From a virus, in the IMG/VR virus record IMGVR_UViG_3300038412_000061, positions 31,950-95,949 of that record: a stretch of DNA of 64,000 bases; one strand, 5' to 3'. Position numbers and translations under genes: made by a program. The notes under the pieces were generated by a model that was not told the origin of the DNA, did no database searches, and worked only from the letters and a program-made list of their open reading frames with translations. Positions 55,672 through 63,650 of this stretch are shown in pieces (position 1 is the first letter of the stretch; every line of letters starts with the position of its first letter).

Positions 55672-56066
55672 CAGATATTGACCTGGACAAGATAGTTAAC
55701 GGGTACCTTCAATGTGCCCTGTTTACGGGGGTGACTGAAGACGACGAGCCCATGGACTACGTCTACAACATTGGCGATTTTTCCGAAGAGGCGGTCGAGC
55801 AGGCAACCGTGGAATGTGCTCTTTTCGTGCAGTCGAATTTGGACGACGTTAGAGAGTTGCTGGATTCCCATGGTGGGGTCGATAACGAGGACATCGGTAT
55901 GGACTTGTGGTACACCCGGAATGGACATGGATGTGGCTTTTGGGACCGGGGGTATGGCGAGTTGGGCGACCGTCTGACCGAGTACTGCCACACTATCCCA
56001 GAGCGTAGTGTGGTGGCAGGGGATGGAAACGAATTCGAGTTGGGCGACACGTTGGTGATCGAATGA
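55668..56066 (+). CDS. acidic conserved phage protein
   Basis: YLQCALF...G.DLWYTRNGHGCGFWDRG. Confidence 0.65.
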   Translation: MTDIDLDKIVNGYLQCALFTGVTEDDEPMDYVYNIGDFSEEAVEQATVECALFVQSNLDDVRELLDSHGGVDNEDIGMDLWYTRNGHGCGFWDRGYGELGDRLTEYCHTIPERSVVAGDGNEFELGDTLVIE

Positions 56067-56290
56067 ATGAGAGCGTGCGTACCGTAACTGACAAAGAAAT
56101 CTGGGAATTGAGCGCTAGTGCTGTTAACGCCATGGACAATTTCTTTGACAATGAGGCTGATGTTGGCGGAGACATGAATGAATGGACTCACGCTGACGCA
56201 GTTGCGTTGTGGGATGACATAATCATGTATTTGGAATCTCGTCGGAATCGTAGCAAAGAGATTGTGGAGAGTAGCGAAAATGGTAGTTAA
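56063..56290 (+). CDS. small acidic protein
   Basis: Coupled ORF. Confidence 0.5.
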   Translation: MNESVRTVTDKEIWELSASAVNAMDNFFDNEADVGGDMNEWTHADAVALWDDIIMYLESRRNRSKEIVESSENGS

Positions 56291-56447
56291 GTCCAAGCAC
56301 ACAGGCGAGTCGTGGGTGGTCATTGCCAACCGTGAGAGATGGGAGCGAAGAAGGGAAGAGGCTAAGGCAAGACGCCTTGAACTGTTGAAGGTCCGTGCCG
56401 ATTACTACGCCAGAATCTCGCACGACTACGACAACGATCTTATTTGA
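56280..56447 (+). CDS. small hypothetical protein
   Basis: Stop TGA lies in the TGAATC of element 5. Confidence 0.45.
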   Translation: MVVKSKHTGESWVVIANRERWERRREEAKARRLELLKVRADYYARISHDYDNDLI

Positions 56448-56501
56448 ATCCCCGGAAAAGGGGTGGAATCGCGCGTACGCGATAAGCTAATCTGGTACAC
56501 T
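56446..56501 (+). promoter_or_regulatory. element 5
   Basis: CCCC..GGGG hairpin; ATCGCGCGTACGCGAT; TGG-TACACT. Confidence 0.85.
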
Positions 56502-56527
56502 GGTGCAAACGACTTGAGAGGAATACT

Positions 56528-56923
56528 GTGGAACTTGAATTGAAGGAACGGTGGGTAGGCGCACTTCGAAGCGGTGAGTATCGTCAGGGGAAGGGAGTGC
56601 TACGCACCGATAGTGACAAGTACTGTTGCTTGGGAGTTTTGTGCAACCTGGTGGACCCCAACGCCTGGGAGCCGGGTACCGTGTCCCAATGGGTGGGCTC
56701 AGAGGAGGGCGATGACGGCGCAATGGTCGAGGCTCGCGTCTACCCACAGCCTTTGAATTCGAGGGAGAAGATCGACGAGAAGGCGATTCCCTACACCTTC
56801 CTCTCTACCAAGTTCTTGCAAGATGTAGGCCTGGATGAAGGGATTGCTCACATGCTTGCCGAACGCAACGACCTTGGATGGTCTTTCGGTGAACTGGCTG
56901 AACTGATCGAAGAGAGGGTCTGA
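56528..56923 (+). CDS. conserved phage protein (WV.ALRSG.Y.QG...CCLGV family)
   Basis: WVGALRSGEYRQGKG, YCCLGVLC, NDLGWSF. Confidence 0.7.
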   Translation: MELELKERWVGALRSGEYRQGKGVLRTDSDKYCCLGVLCNLVDPNAWEPGTVSQWVGSEEGDDGAMVEARVYPQPLNSREKIDEKAIPYTFLSTKFLQDVGLDEGIAHMLAERNDLGWSFGELAELIEERV

Positions 56924-56926
56924 TTT

Positions 56927-56981
56927 GAATCCCCGGAAGGGGGTATGATCGCGCGTGCGCGATCTGCGCATTCGGTAGACT
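56927..56981 (+). promoter_or_regulatory. element 6
   Basis: CCCC-GGAA-GGGG; consensus palindrome; TAGACT. Confidence 0.85.
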
Positions 56982-57006
56982 GGAGACAAGCAAAACAGGA
57001 GGAATT

Positions 57007-57270
57007 ATGAGTTTTTTCACAGCGAAGTACATCCGAGAGTGCTTGGATGGAGTGCCGGACGATGAGCCTGTATTCGGCATTATCTTCACCCGCGCCGAGA
57101 ACGAAGTGGACGCGGTGGACGAGGACGGGAACTACGGTAGCCGTGTAACGACTCCTGCGGAGTGGGAGAAGATCGTGGAAAGGGCCGAGTCATATGCGGA
57201 GCCCTACGGTTTTAATAGTCTGTGGGAGTGTCTGAACGACGCCAAGAGCGAAGTGGTGACTTGTGACTAA
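57007..57270 (+). CDS. small acidic protein
   Basis: AGGAGG RBS. Confidence 0.6.
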   Translation: MSFFTAKYIRECLDGVPDDEPVFGIIFTRAENEVDAVDEDGNYGSRVTTPAEWEKIVERAESYAEPYGFNSLWECLNDAKSEVVTCD

Positions 57271-57502
57271 ATTCACCTACACCGTTACCGTGGAGGTCGA
57301 GGACGACTTGGGTATGCCAATCGAGTGCTACAACGAGGATTTGTTCGATTGGACGGACGACGACTACGACGAGGACGGCAACATAACAGCGCGGTGGTTG
57401 TCCCCCGATACCATGGCAAGCATCGTTATGGCGAATCGCTTGGGTTGCGACGAGGACTACGGGTTTGACTACACCGTGGATTGGAGTAGGGCTGATGGCT
57501 GA
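57263..57502 (+). CDS. very acidic small protein
   Basis: DWTDDDYDEDG; coupled. Confidence 0.55.
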   Translation: MTKFTYTVTVEVEDDLGMPIECYNEDLFDWTDDDYDEDGNITARWLSPDTMASIVMANRLGCDEDYGFDYTVDWSRADG

Positions 57503-57758
57503 ATTGGACGAGGTATTGGCCCTGGCTATTGAGGACTACGACCCGGAGGCTTTCTACGACGGGGAAGAGCAGATTGTCAAGGAGAGCGTCACAGAGTTGT
57601 ATGGGTGTATTGCGTTCCCAACCGACTACTCTCCCGAGCAAATCCTGTCGGAATACCACGACACATTCCTGGGGTGGTACGACAGTTTTGAGGCGATGGC
57701 TGACGACAACATTTTTGACACGTGGGAGTCTGAGGGGTACTACTTTAGGAGCGTCTGA
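57495..57758 (+). CDS. ArdA-like acidic protein (short paralog)
   Basis: FLGWYDSFEAMA...WESEGYYFR, similar to 61361-61732. Confidence 0.5.
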   Translation: MAELDEVLALAIEDYDPEAFYDGEEQIVKESVTELYGCIAFPTDYSPEQILSEYHDTFLGWYDSFEAMADDNIFDTWESEGYYFRSV

Positions 57759-57768
57759 TCGAGCGAAC

Positions 57769-57823
57769 GAATCCCCCCGAGTGGGAACAATCGCGTGCAC
57801 GCGATCTGCATCTTTGATACACT
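57769..57823 (+). promoter_or_regulatory. element 7
   Basis: Perfect palindrome ATCGCGTGCACGCGAT; TGA-TACACT. Confidence 0.85.
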
Positions 57824-57841
57824 GGAGGAACAGGGGGGCAA

Positions 57842-58030
57842 ATGGACTACACGGTTCAGAGGTATGAAATCACATTGGAAGTGAGGGACGACGGGTTCGT
57901 CAATCTCAGCATTTCGTTCACGAGGAACGACGGAGAGCCGGATTGGCACAGCCACAATCGTGTGACACTTGACTACGCCATCAAGCGTATAGAGATGCAC
58001 GCGCACGCTGGTCACGCGAGGGAGGAGTAA
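57842..58030 (+). CDS. small hypothetical protein
   Basis: First gene after element 7. Confidence 0.55.
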   Translation: MDYTVQRYEITLEVRDDGFVNLSISFTRNDGEPDWHSHNRVTLDYAIKRIEMHAHAGHAREE

Positions 58031-58173
58031 TGCACATTTTTCACAAGTGGGGGAAGTGGGAGGCCTTCGACGTGTTGTCAGTTGACACGTCCACCGGTAA
58101 GGGGTATGAGGTTACGCGACAAAAGCGTATGTGTCGTAAGTGTGGACTACTGAGGGTCAAGAAACTGGGGTAG
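58030..58173 (+). CDS. small Zn-ribbon protein
   Basis: HKWGKW...QKRMCRKCG; TAATG overlap. Confidence 0.5.
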   Translation: MHIFHKWGKWEAFDVLSVDTSTGKGYEVTRQKRMCRKCGLLRVKKLG

Positions 58174-58235
58174 GGGAAACCAAAGTACGAATCATGGTCA
58201 TGGAGTGCACCAATTTGAGGGGTGGTCATGGGGTT

Positions 58236-58289
58236 AAATCCCCGGACCGGAGCTGATCGTGCGCGCGCGATACCCGCACCTGGTACACT
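58236..58289 (+). promoter_or_regulatory. element 8
   Basis: AAATC; ATCGTGCGCGCGCGAT; TGG-TACACT. Confidence 0.8.
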
Positions 58290-58312
58290 GGAATCACAAG
58301 CGAGGAGAGAAT

Positions 58313-58543
58313 ATGGAAAGCCCAACAGTATCATTCGCAGTGGAGAGCGAGTTCGACGCCAGGGTTGTGGAGAACTTCTACAACACTTTGCGCCGTGTCC
58401 GCGAGTTGAAGACCATGTCGGTCCGCAAGCCGGGGATGTCAACCGAGGAGCAGGAGACAGCCGACCTGGCCCTTGACGACTACAACAATGCACGCTGGTC
58501 AATGTTCCGCTGGATTGAGCGACGTTGCGAGGACGGTGTCTGA
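58313..58543 (+). CDS. hypothetical protein
   Basis: GAGGAG RBS. Confidence 0.55.
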   Translation: MESPTVSFAVESEFDARVVENFYNTLRRVRELKTMSVRKPGMSTEEQETADLALDDYNNARWSMFRWIERRCEDGV

Positions 58544-58770
58544 TGGACCAAGACATCATTACCCTGTTGGAGAGGGTGAGGGAGAAACGGCACGCGTGGA
58601 GGTTCGGTGACACCTTCGGGGACGACGAGCGTTACGAAGAGTACGCCAAAGCGAAGAAAGAGTACATGAGGTTCTGTGAATATGCCGTGTACGACGAGCG
58701 CGGAGAGGACGAGCAACCGCGAGACACCTTCGGTCTGGGAAAGTTGGAGGAGGCCCACGCAGAATGGTGA
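58543..58770 (+). CDS. hypothetical protein
   Basis: TGATG coupled. Confidence 0.55.
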   Translation: MDQDIITLLERVREKRHAWRFGDTFGDDERYEEYAKAKKEYMRFCEYAVYDERGEDEQPRDTFGLGKLEEAHAEW

Positions 58771-59060
58771 GCAATTTTTTTGGGAGGGGGAGGAAGGTAT
58801 ACGACGACGCACCGCCCGAGTACTCCTCAGTGCAAACAGACTCGCTGGAAGATGCAGAGGCACTTAAACTTATATACAGGTACGTAAAGATGAGCCGTGT
58901 CATACACACCCTGGGAGAGAGGGATGGCATGGTGTACGACGACTTGGAAGCGGACCTGGTTGGGAAAACATGTGGATTGGTGGGTGACATGATCGACCCC
59001 GAGTGGGGTAGCAAGTTCAGGGAAATCCTTTATCGGGATGGGGTGGTTTGGTATGTGTGA
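58764..59060 (+). CDS. hypothetical protein
   Basis: Coupled ORF. Confidence 0.5.
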   Translation: MVSNFFGRGRKVYDDAPPEYSSVQTDSLEDAEALKLIYRYVKMSRVIHTLGERDGMVYDDLEADLVGKTCGLVGDMIDPEWGSKFREILYRDGVVWYV

Positions 59061-59241
59061 ATTGGACAAAGAGACTGAGTCATGGGAATACGGGGAAAGA
59101 GGGTTACAGCGTAGAGGGACACAGGAAATCCTAGATCGAACGGAGAAGCCATTGGTGGACAATCACGGTAGATACGTGTGGACCGTAACTTACTGCCAGT
59201 ATGGTGGAAAGAGGTTCAAAGCCACATGGAGGGAATATTAG
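59053..59241 (+). CDS. small hypothetical protein
   Basis: Coupled ORF. Confidence 0.45.
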   Translation: MCELDKETESWEYGERGLQRRGTQEILDRTEKPLVDNHGRYVWTVTYCQYGGKRFKATWREY

Positions 59242-59620
59242 TCTTCATCGAATCATTCTGGCACCTATGAACGCTGAAGGTACATAGTGACTTTGGGATG
59301 ATGAGTTGTTTTGAACCTATACCCATACTGGTTGAATTCCCTGATGGGTGTGGTGGAATGGGTATGAATCACACGTCTTTCGGAAAAACACACGTGTATG
59401 CGTGATTTTGCACCACCGTTGCACGGAATTCCGAATTATTCCTGATCAAATCATGTAATTTGCACCAATCCTCATTGAATCATGCGCGAAAGTAGACAAA
59501 ATGGACGCGGGAAGGGGGTTATTCCGGGTATTTCACCCACCTATTTTGACCAGGCAAAACGTGAAAAAAAGGGAGGTTTCACACCGGGGCTGAGTAAATT
59601 GAAAGTAGACAAGCGTGATC

Positions 59621-59657
59621 GAATCACGGGTTCGCCGCCGAATCGCGCGCACGCGAT
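59621..59657 (+). promoter_or_regulatory. element 9 (truncated: no -10, no cargo)
   Basis: GAATC..ATCGCGCGCACGCGAT followed 7 nt later by element 10. Confidence 0.8.
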
Positions 59658-59664
59658 CCACATT

Positions 59665-59719
59665 GAATCACGGGTGGGCAGGAGCATCGCGCGTGCGCGA
59701 TAGCCCTGAATCGTAAGAT
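59665..59719 (+). promoter_or_regulatory. element 10 (leaderless)
   Basis: Consensus palindrome; TAAGAT; ATG at 59726. Confidence 0.8.
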
Positions 59720-59725
59720 TTGGGC

Positions 59726-59908
59726 ATGGAAACCTACCAAATCAAAGACTGGACCGGGAAGGTGTGTTTCTTCGGTCAGACGTTCGAATCCTTCGAAGAC
59801 GCATGGGGCTTCATCTACGAGTCCGACCCGGAACCGTCACAGGGAGACCCCAGGTGGCAAGATGGATGGTACGACGACTACTATGTGGAACCGGTGGAGG
59901 GTGATTGA
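59726..59908 (+). CDS. small acidic aromatic protein
   Basis: FESFEDAWGFIYE...YDDYYVE; stop in TGAATC. Confidence 0.6.
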   Translation: METYQIKDWTGKVCFFGQTFESFEDAWGFIYESDPEPSQGDPRWQDGWYDDYYVEPVEGD

Positions 59909-59961
59909 ATCACCGGTTTGCCGGTTAATCGCGCGCGCGCGATGACTCTGGGTGATAGAGT
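59907..59961 (+). promoter_or_regulatory. element 11
   Basis: ACCGG-TTTG-CCGGT; AT(CG)6AT; TGA-TAGAGT. Confidence 0.85.
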
Positions 59962-59978
59962 GGTGGAAAAGGAGGGAC

Positions 59979-60125
59979 ATGTCTACACCATACAGTGACA
60001 CCCAGTTGGAGACAGCGGGAAGGGATGTGGAGTTAACGTTCCAAGCGTGGCAGGATGCCATAGCAGTACAGGACATGATGTTGGAGCACAATGTTTTGGT
60101 GGAGAGGGAGGAAGACTTCTATTAA
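59979..60125 (+). CDS. small acidic protein (48 aa)
   Basis: AAGGAGG RBS; MSTPYSDTQLE...EEDFY. Confidence 0.55.
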   Translation: MSTPYSDTQLETAGRDVELTFQAWQDAIAVQDMMLEHNVLVEREEDFY

Positions 60126-60126
60126 C

Positions 60127-60180
60127 GAATCCCCGGCGCGGGGAATTTCGTGCGCGCGCGATGGGGGACTGTGATAGAGT
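60127..60180 (+). promoter_or_regulatory. element 12
   Basis: TTCGTGCGCGCGCGAT; TGA-TAGAGT. Confidence 0.8.
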
Positions 60181-60198
60181 AGTGGGAAAGGAGGGTTC

Positions 60199-60330
60199 AT
60201 GGAATACTGTTCAGGGTGTAATTACGACCACTCGCCATCAGACTGTTCTTATGGAATGTCGGTGGAGGATTACGAGCGTGAATCAGGAGACTACCGAACG
60301 GAAGAGAGATACGCCAACGGAGAGCACTAA
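60199..60330 (+). CDS. small Cys/acidic protein (43 aa)
   Basis: AAGGAGG RBS; CSGC..H....C. Confidence 0.55.
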   Translation: MEYCSGCNYDHSPSDCSYGMSVEDYERESGDYRTEERYANGEH

Positions 60331-60331
60331 T

Positions 60332-60387
60332 GAATCACCGGGAAACCGGGTATATCGCGCGTGCGCGATCAGCTGGTGTATTACACT
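60332..60387 (+). promoter_or_regulatory. element 13
   Basis: CCGG-GAAA-CCGG; consensus palindrome; TACACT. Confidence 0.85.
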
Positions 60388-60418
60388 TGGGAGCAAGGAA
60401 TCAACCAAAGGAGATGAA

Positions 60419-60634
60419 GTGGCAACAAGATACGAGTATGAGGTTCAGGTCACCCACTATGTGGCGTTCTACGACGATGATGTGGTGGGGGACAGCCGTT
60501 TCGAGGGCGACCCGGACAACGTGACCGACGAGGACCGCGCAGGGTTCGCCAGTCGTAACTGGGGCGGAGTGTACGACACGGATTTCTCATTCGACGTGGT
60601 GAACGAGTACGACGCGACGGAGGAGGAAGACTGA
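60419..60634 (+). CDS. very acidic small protein
   Basis: AAGGAG RBS, GTG start. Confidence 0.6.
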   Translation: MATRYEYEVQVTHYVAFYDDDVVGDSRFEGDPDNVTDEDRAGFASRNWGGVYDTDFSFDVVNEYDATEEED

Positions 60635-60801
60635 TGGCGAGCAAGCGACAATTGCCCAAGGATGCGGTGCACAAGCGATTCCTTCCCCCCGGTCCCTGCG
60701 ATTTTTGTGGGGTGGAAGGACCATTGAGGGCGGTCAAGCGCGGAAAGGGTGAGGCGAATTACTACTGCATTCCCTGTCACGTGGACGGCAACGCCGCGTG
60801 A
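60634..60801 (+). CDS. small Zn-finger protein (55 aa)
   Basis: CDFCG...YCIPCH; TGATG coupled. Confidence 0.55.
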   Translation: MASKRQLPKDAVHKRFLPPGPCDFCGVEGPLRAVKRGKGEANYYCIPCHVDGNAA

Positions 60802-60803
60802 AT

Positions 60804-60858
60804 GAATCCCCGGAAGGGGGTGCAATCGCGCGTGCGCGATGGGGTGGTGTGTTACACT
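60804..60858 (+). promoter_or_regulatory. element 14
   Basis: CCCC-GGAA-GGGG; consensus; TGT-TACACT. Confidence 0.85.
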
Positions 60859-60886
60859 GAGAGCAAGAAGCAACCAAGGAGGCACA

Positions 60887-61246
60887 ATGGGCACAGTCCA
60901 GATAGTAAGAGAGATTGATGAGACCGAGTTTTGGTCCAACATCATGGGGAGTGGCTGGGAGTCGTTCGGCAGTTGGTGGGTCTCGGAGGACTACATCTCA
61001 GGTGACTGGGAAACACCGGGGGAAGTGACACTGACAATTGCGGACCCGGAGAACGAAGACACGGTGGTCGTGGGGAAGGTGACACTGCCCATCCTACTCC
61101 AAGCCTACAATGACCTTTGGGCGAAGGTAGGTCAGAAGGGTAGCGACGGTATGCACCCTGACTACCTGGACATCGACAATCTCGATTGCGTGGGTGGCGA
61201 CGGAATCCTCCAGCAGGCCATCCTAGGTGGTGTCATCTACGGGTGA
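60887..61246 (+). CDS. acidic conserved phage protein
   Basis: C-terminal LD...D.ILQ.A..G.VIYG; AAGGAGG RBS. Confidence 0.65.
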   Translation: MGTVQIVREIDETEFWSNIMGSGWESFGSWWVSEDYISGDWETPGEVTLTIADPENEDTVVVGKVTLPILLQAYNDLWAKVGQKGSDGMHPDYLDIDNLDCVGGDGILQQAILGGVIYG

Positions 61247-61274
61247 GTTTTTATGCAGACCGGTGAGTTTTAAT

Positions 61275-61330
61275 GAATCACCGGCTTTGCACCCCCATCG
61301 CGCGCGCGCGATCCCCACGCCTGCTACAAT
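61275..61330 (+). promoter_or_regulatory. element 15
   Basis: AT(CG)6AT; TGC-TACAAT. Confidence 0.85.
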
Positions 61331-61360
61331 GTAGACGTACCAAACAACCGAAGGAGAGAT

Positions 61361-61732
61361 ATGACGGATTACACAGAAGGCCCGGAAGTCGAGGTCGAGG
61401 AAGACGAGGGGGAGGAGTTGGAAGGTTTCGCCCGAATTCTGGACGAAGTTCCCAGCAACCTCGCGAGCCTTGATGAGGAGGCGTTTGAGGCGTTCTACGA
61501 CAACCAGCCATCCTACTGGGACTCGTGCGACGTAGAAGATTTCTGGAGCGAGTTTGAGGACGCCTATCAGGGCACGTGGTCCAGCGATGAGGAATTCGCC
61601 CAGGAGATGGCTGAGATGTCGGGATACCGCGCCAGCAATGAGTGGCCTTACTACTGCATCAACTGGGATTTCGCGGCCCGTGAGTTGATGTACGACTATT
61701 TCGAGAGTGGCGGGTACTACTTCCGTCGCTAA
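61361..61732 (+). CDS. ArdA-like antirestriction protein (DNA mimic)
   Basis: FEDAYQGTWSSDEEFAQE...YYCINWDFAAREL..DY....GYYFR; very D/E-rich. Confidence 0.72.
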   Translation: MTDYTEGPEVEVEEDEGEELEGFARILDEVPSNLASLDEEAFEAFYDNQPSYWDSCDVEDFWSEFEDAYQGTWSSDEEFAQEMAEMSGYRASNEWPYYCINWDFAARELMYDYFESGGYYFRR

Positions 61733-61737
61733 AATTC

Positions 61738-61790
61738 GCGGGGGTAGGGTTTCTTGGTTGTCCCTACCCCCGCCCTCCACGAACCAAGAA
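61738..61790 (+). other. H-type RNA pseudoknot / strong hairpin after ArdA-like gene
   Basis: 12-bp stem GCGGGGGTAGGG/CCCTACCCCCGC; loop TTCTTGGTT complementary to downstream AACCAAGAA. Confidence 0.6.
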
Positions 61791-61803
61791 CGCGTGCGTA
61801 ATC

Positions 61804-61858
61804 AAATCACGCGCTTGCCCATCCATCGCGCGTGCGCGATGACCTCATCTGGTACACT
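61804..61858 (+). promoter_or_regulatory. element 16
   Basis: AAATC; consensus; TGG-TACACT. Confidence 0.85.
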
Positions 61859-61882
61859 GTGCGTACCAACCAAAGGAGTGAG

Positions 61883-62095
61883 ATGAAGACCTACACAGTT
61901 TGCCAGCGTGTCTACTGCTATGACACGTTTGACGAGTCGGACATCCCGGAGGGTTTGACCCCCATCGAGTACGCCGAACAGCGTTACGAAGAAGAGTTGG
62001 GCGACCCGGATTCGCATGAGTTGTATCTCATTGGTGAGGACGAGGACGGCAGGGTGTTCATGAGCATCGACACCGCCGACATGGAGGAGGATTAA
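61883..62095 (+). CDS. very acidic small protein
   Basis: AAAGGAG RBS. Confidence 0.6.
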   Translation: MKTYTVCQRVYCYDTFDESDIPEGLTPIEYAEQRYEEELGDPDSHELYLIGEDEDGRVFMSIDTADMEED

Positions 62096-62096
62096 C

Positions 62097-62152
62097 GAAT
62101 CACGGGGAAACCCGCAGAATCGCGCGTGCGCGATGGGGGGAAGATGTAGACT
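62097..62152 (+). promoter_or_regulatory. element 17
   Basis: CGGG-GAAA-CCCG; consensus; TAGACT. Confidence 0.85.
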
Positions 62153-62175
62153 GATGACACAACCAAAGGAGCAAG

Positions 62176-62493
62176 ATGTATTCATGGGAGATTGACAAGG
62201 ACGGGATCTACAGCCACCCACAATTCCATGGTGTGGCTTTGTACTGCAAGGGTCCGGCTAAGTCGTGGACTGATGAGTCCTGGGAGTTGGTGTGCGACGA
62301 GGAGGAATGCGACCACACTAGCGACATGTGTTACTACTACATCGAGCCCGAGGAATTCGAGGATGAGGAGCGCGTGGTGGTGGTGATGGTGGGCGACGAC
62401 TGGAAGCACACTGTCTACGCCGAGGACCTGACCAAGATTGACGAAGAGGACTACTGCCATGGGTGCGGTCAAATCGGGTGCGGTCATAGTTGA
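62176..62493 (+). CDS. acidic Cys-rich conserved phage protein
   Basis: VMVGDD...EEDYCHGCGQIGC; stop in TGAATC. Confidence 0.65.
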   Translation: MYSWEIDKDGIYSHPQFHGVALYCKGPAKSWTDESWELVCDEEECDHTSDMCYYYIEPEEFEDEERVVVVMVGDDWKHTVYAEDLTKIDEEDYCHGCGQIGCGHS

Positions 62494-62546
62494 ATCCGGG
62501 GAACCGGGTACAATCGCGCGTGCGCGATAGACACATGTGTTATACT
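62492..62546 (+). promoter_or_regulatory. element 18
   Basis: CCGG-GGAA-CCGG; consensus; TGT-TATACT. Confidence 0.85.
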
Positions 62547-62574
62547 GGGCACATCACCAACCAAGGAGGATGAG

Positions 62575-62721
62575 ATGGCTTGCGAAGACTTCCCGTGCTG
62601 TGGGCACGAGATGGGCGATTGCGAGGGCCTGTTGTACGGCTCGGACGAGAGCATCAAGGCGCGCGTGTATGCTCGGATGGAGCAGGACTACTACGACCCG
62701 TACTACGATGACGAGTACTAG
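62575..62721 (+). CDS. small CEDxPCCGH-motif acidic protein (48 aa)
   Basis: MACEDFPCCGH...YYDDEY; AAGGAGG RBS. Confidence 0.6.
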   Translation: MACEDFPCCGHEMGDCEGLLYGSDESIKARVYARMEQDYYDPYYDDEY

Positions 62722-62724
62722 GTC

Positions 62725-62779
62725 GAATCCCCGAAAGGGGGTGCAATCGCGCGTGCGCGATGCGGAGGGATGGTATACT
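62725..62779 (+). promoter_or_regulatory. element 19 (leaderless)
   Basis: CCCC-GAAA-GGGG; consensus; TGG-TATACT; ATG at 62785. Confidence 0.85.
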
Positions 62780-62784
62780 GAGAC

Positions 62785-63003
62785 ATGACCAAAAAACAAC
62801 TACAAATCATGTCTTACGCCATTGCCATTGCGACATTCGTGGTGGTCTTCGAGATTCTGGACGTTCTTGCTGGCTACAACGCTGGCGTAGCGATTCAATG
62901 GCTCGTTATCATCGTCTCCCTACTCATTGCGTCCGCTGTCCTGCTGGTGGTTGCTCTGTGTGTCATGGCGGTATCCCCCCCAAAGAGACACCGCCGATAC
63001 TAG
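62785..63003 (+). CDS. 2-TM membrane protein
   Basis: Hydrophobic; leaderless start. Confidence 0.6.
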   Translation: MTKKQLQIMSYAIAIATFVVVFEILDVLAGYNAGVAIQWLVIIVSLLIASAVLLVVALCVMAVSPPKRHRRY

Positions 63004-63019
63004 GGGAGGGTGCGTGATT

Positions 63020-63074
63020 GAATCACGCGCCAGCCCGCTCATCGCGCGCGCGCGATCCGCCTACCTGCTACACT
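63020..63074 (+). promoter_or_regulatory. element 20
   Basis: AT(CG)6AT; TGC-TACACT. Confidence 0.85.
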
Positions 63075-63097
63075 GGTGGTACGATCAAGGAGATGAG

Positions 63098-63271
63098 ATG
63101 AACGGATACATAGCGTTTTACAAGGGGAAGCGGACTGAAGTCTACGCGGAGACCCTGTACGGTGCGCAGTTGGAAGCGGCTAAGTTCTTCGGTGCCAAAA
63201 AGTCTTATGAGGTCATTGTGGGACTGGCCGAGAAAGATGGTGTGCCAGTGGTGCACCGCGCGGTTGATTGA
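63098..63271 (+). CDS. conserved small phage protein
   Basis: MNGYIAFYKGKRTEVYA...AQ..AA..F; stop in TGAATC. Confidence 0.65.
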   Translation: MNGYIAFYKGKRTEVYAETLYGAQLEAAKFFGAKKSYEVIVGLAEKDGVPVVHRAVD

Positions 63272-63324
63272 ATCACGCGCAGCTGCGTGCATCGCGCGCG
63301 CGCGATTGCCGGACCTGCTAGACT
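63270..63324 (+). promoter_or_regulatory. element 21
   Basis: AT(CG)6AT; TGC-TAGACT. Confidence 0.85.
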
Positions 63325-63351
63325 GTGCGCATCACCAACCAAGGAGATGTC

Positions 63352-63597
63352 ATGGAAGACTGCTACTACTGTGATGGCGAGCACGCCGAGGGAAATTGCC
63401 CGGTGCGCTCGGGAGATGTCCCCCTGCGCGAATGGAAGTGCGACTGCGGGCGCGTGGTGCAACTGTACTACTGGGAGCGTGCCAGCGACACGTCGTGCGA
63501 CTGCGGGCAGATGTTCAATTGCTGGGGTCAGCGCGTTAACGGCTCTCTGTACGACATCGACCCCATGGACGTAGGGGAGGGGTGGGACGATGATTGA
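63352..63597 (+). CDS. small multi-Cys Zn-binding acidic protein
   Basis: CYYC..H, CDCG x2, FNCWGQ; stop in TGAATC. Confidence 0.6.
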   Translation: MEDCYYCDGEHAEGNCPVRSGDVPLREWKCDCGRVVQLYYWERASDTSCDCGQMFNCWGQRVNGSLYDIDPMDVGEGWDDD

Positions 63598-63650
63598 ATC
63601 CCCACCGGGGACACACATCGCGCGTGCGCGATCCGGGAGTGTGGTACACT
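63596..63650 (+). promoter_or_regulatory. element 22 (no protein cargo evident)
   Basis: Consensus palindrome; TGG-TACACT. Confidence 0.85.

Noticed and set aside
59482-59703. 73-aa ORF in the gap, and ORF-track N-terminal extensions containing IARAR
   Set aside because: IARAR is the translated palindrome; true starts lie downstream of each element at an RBS or +1
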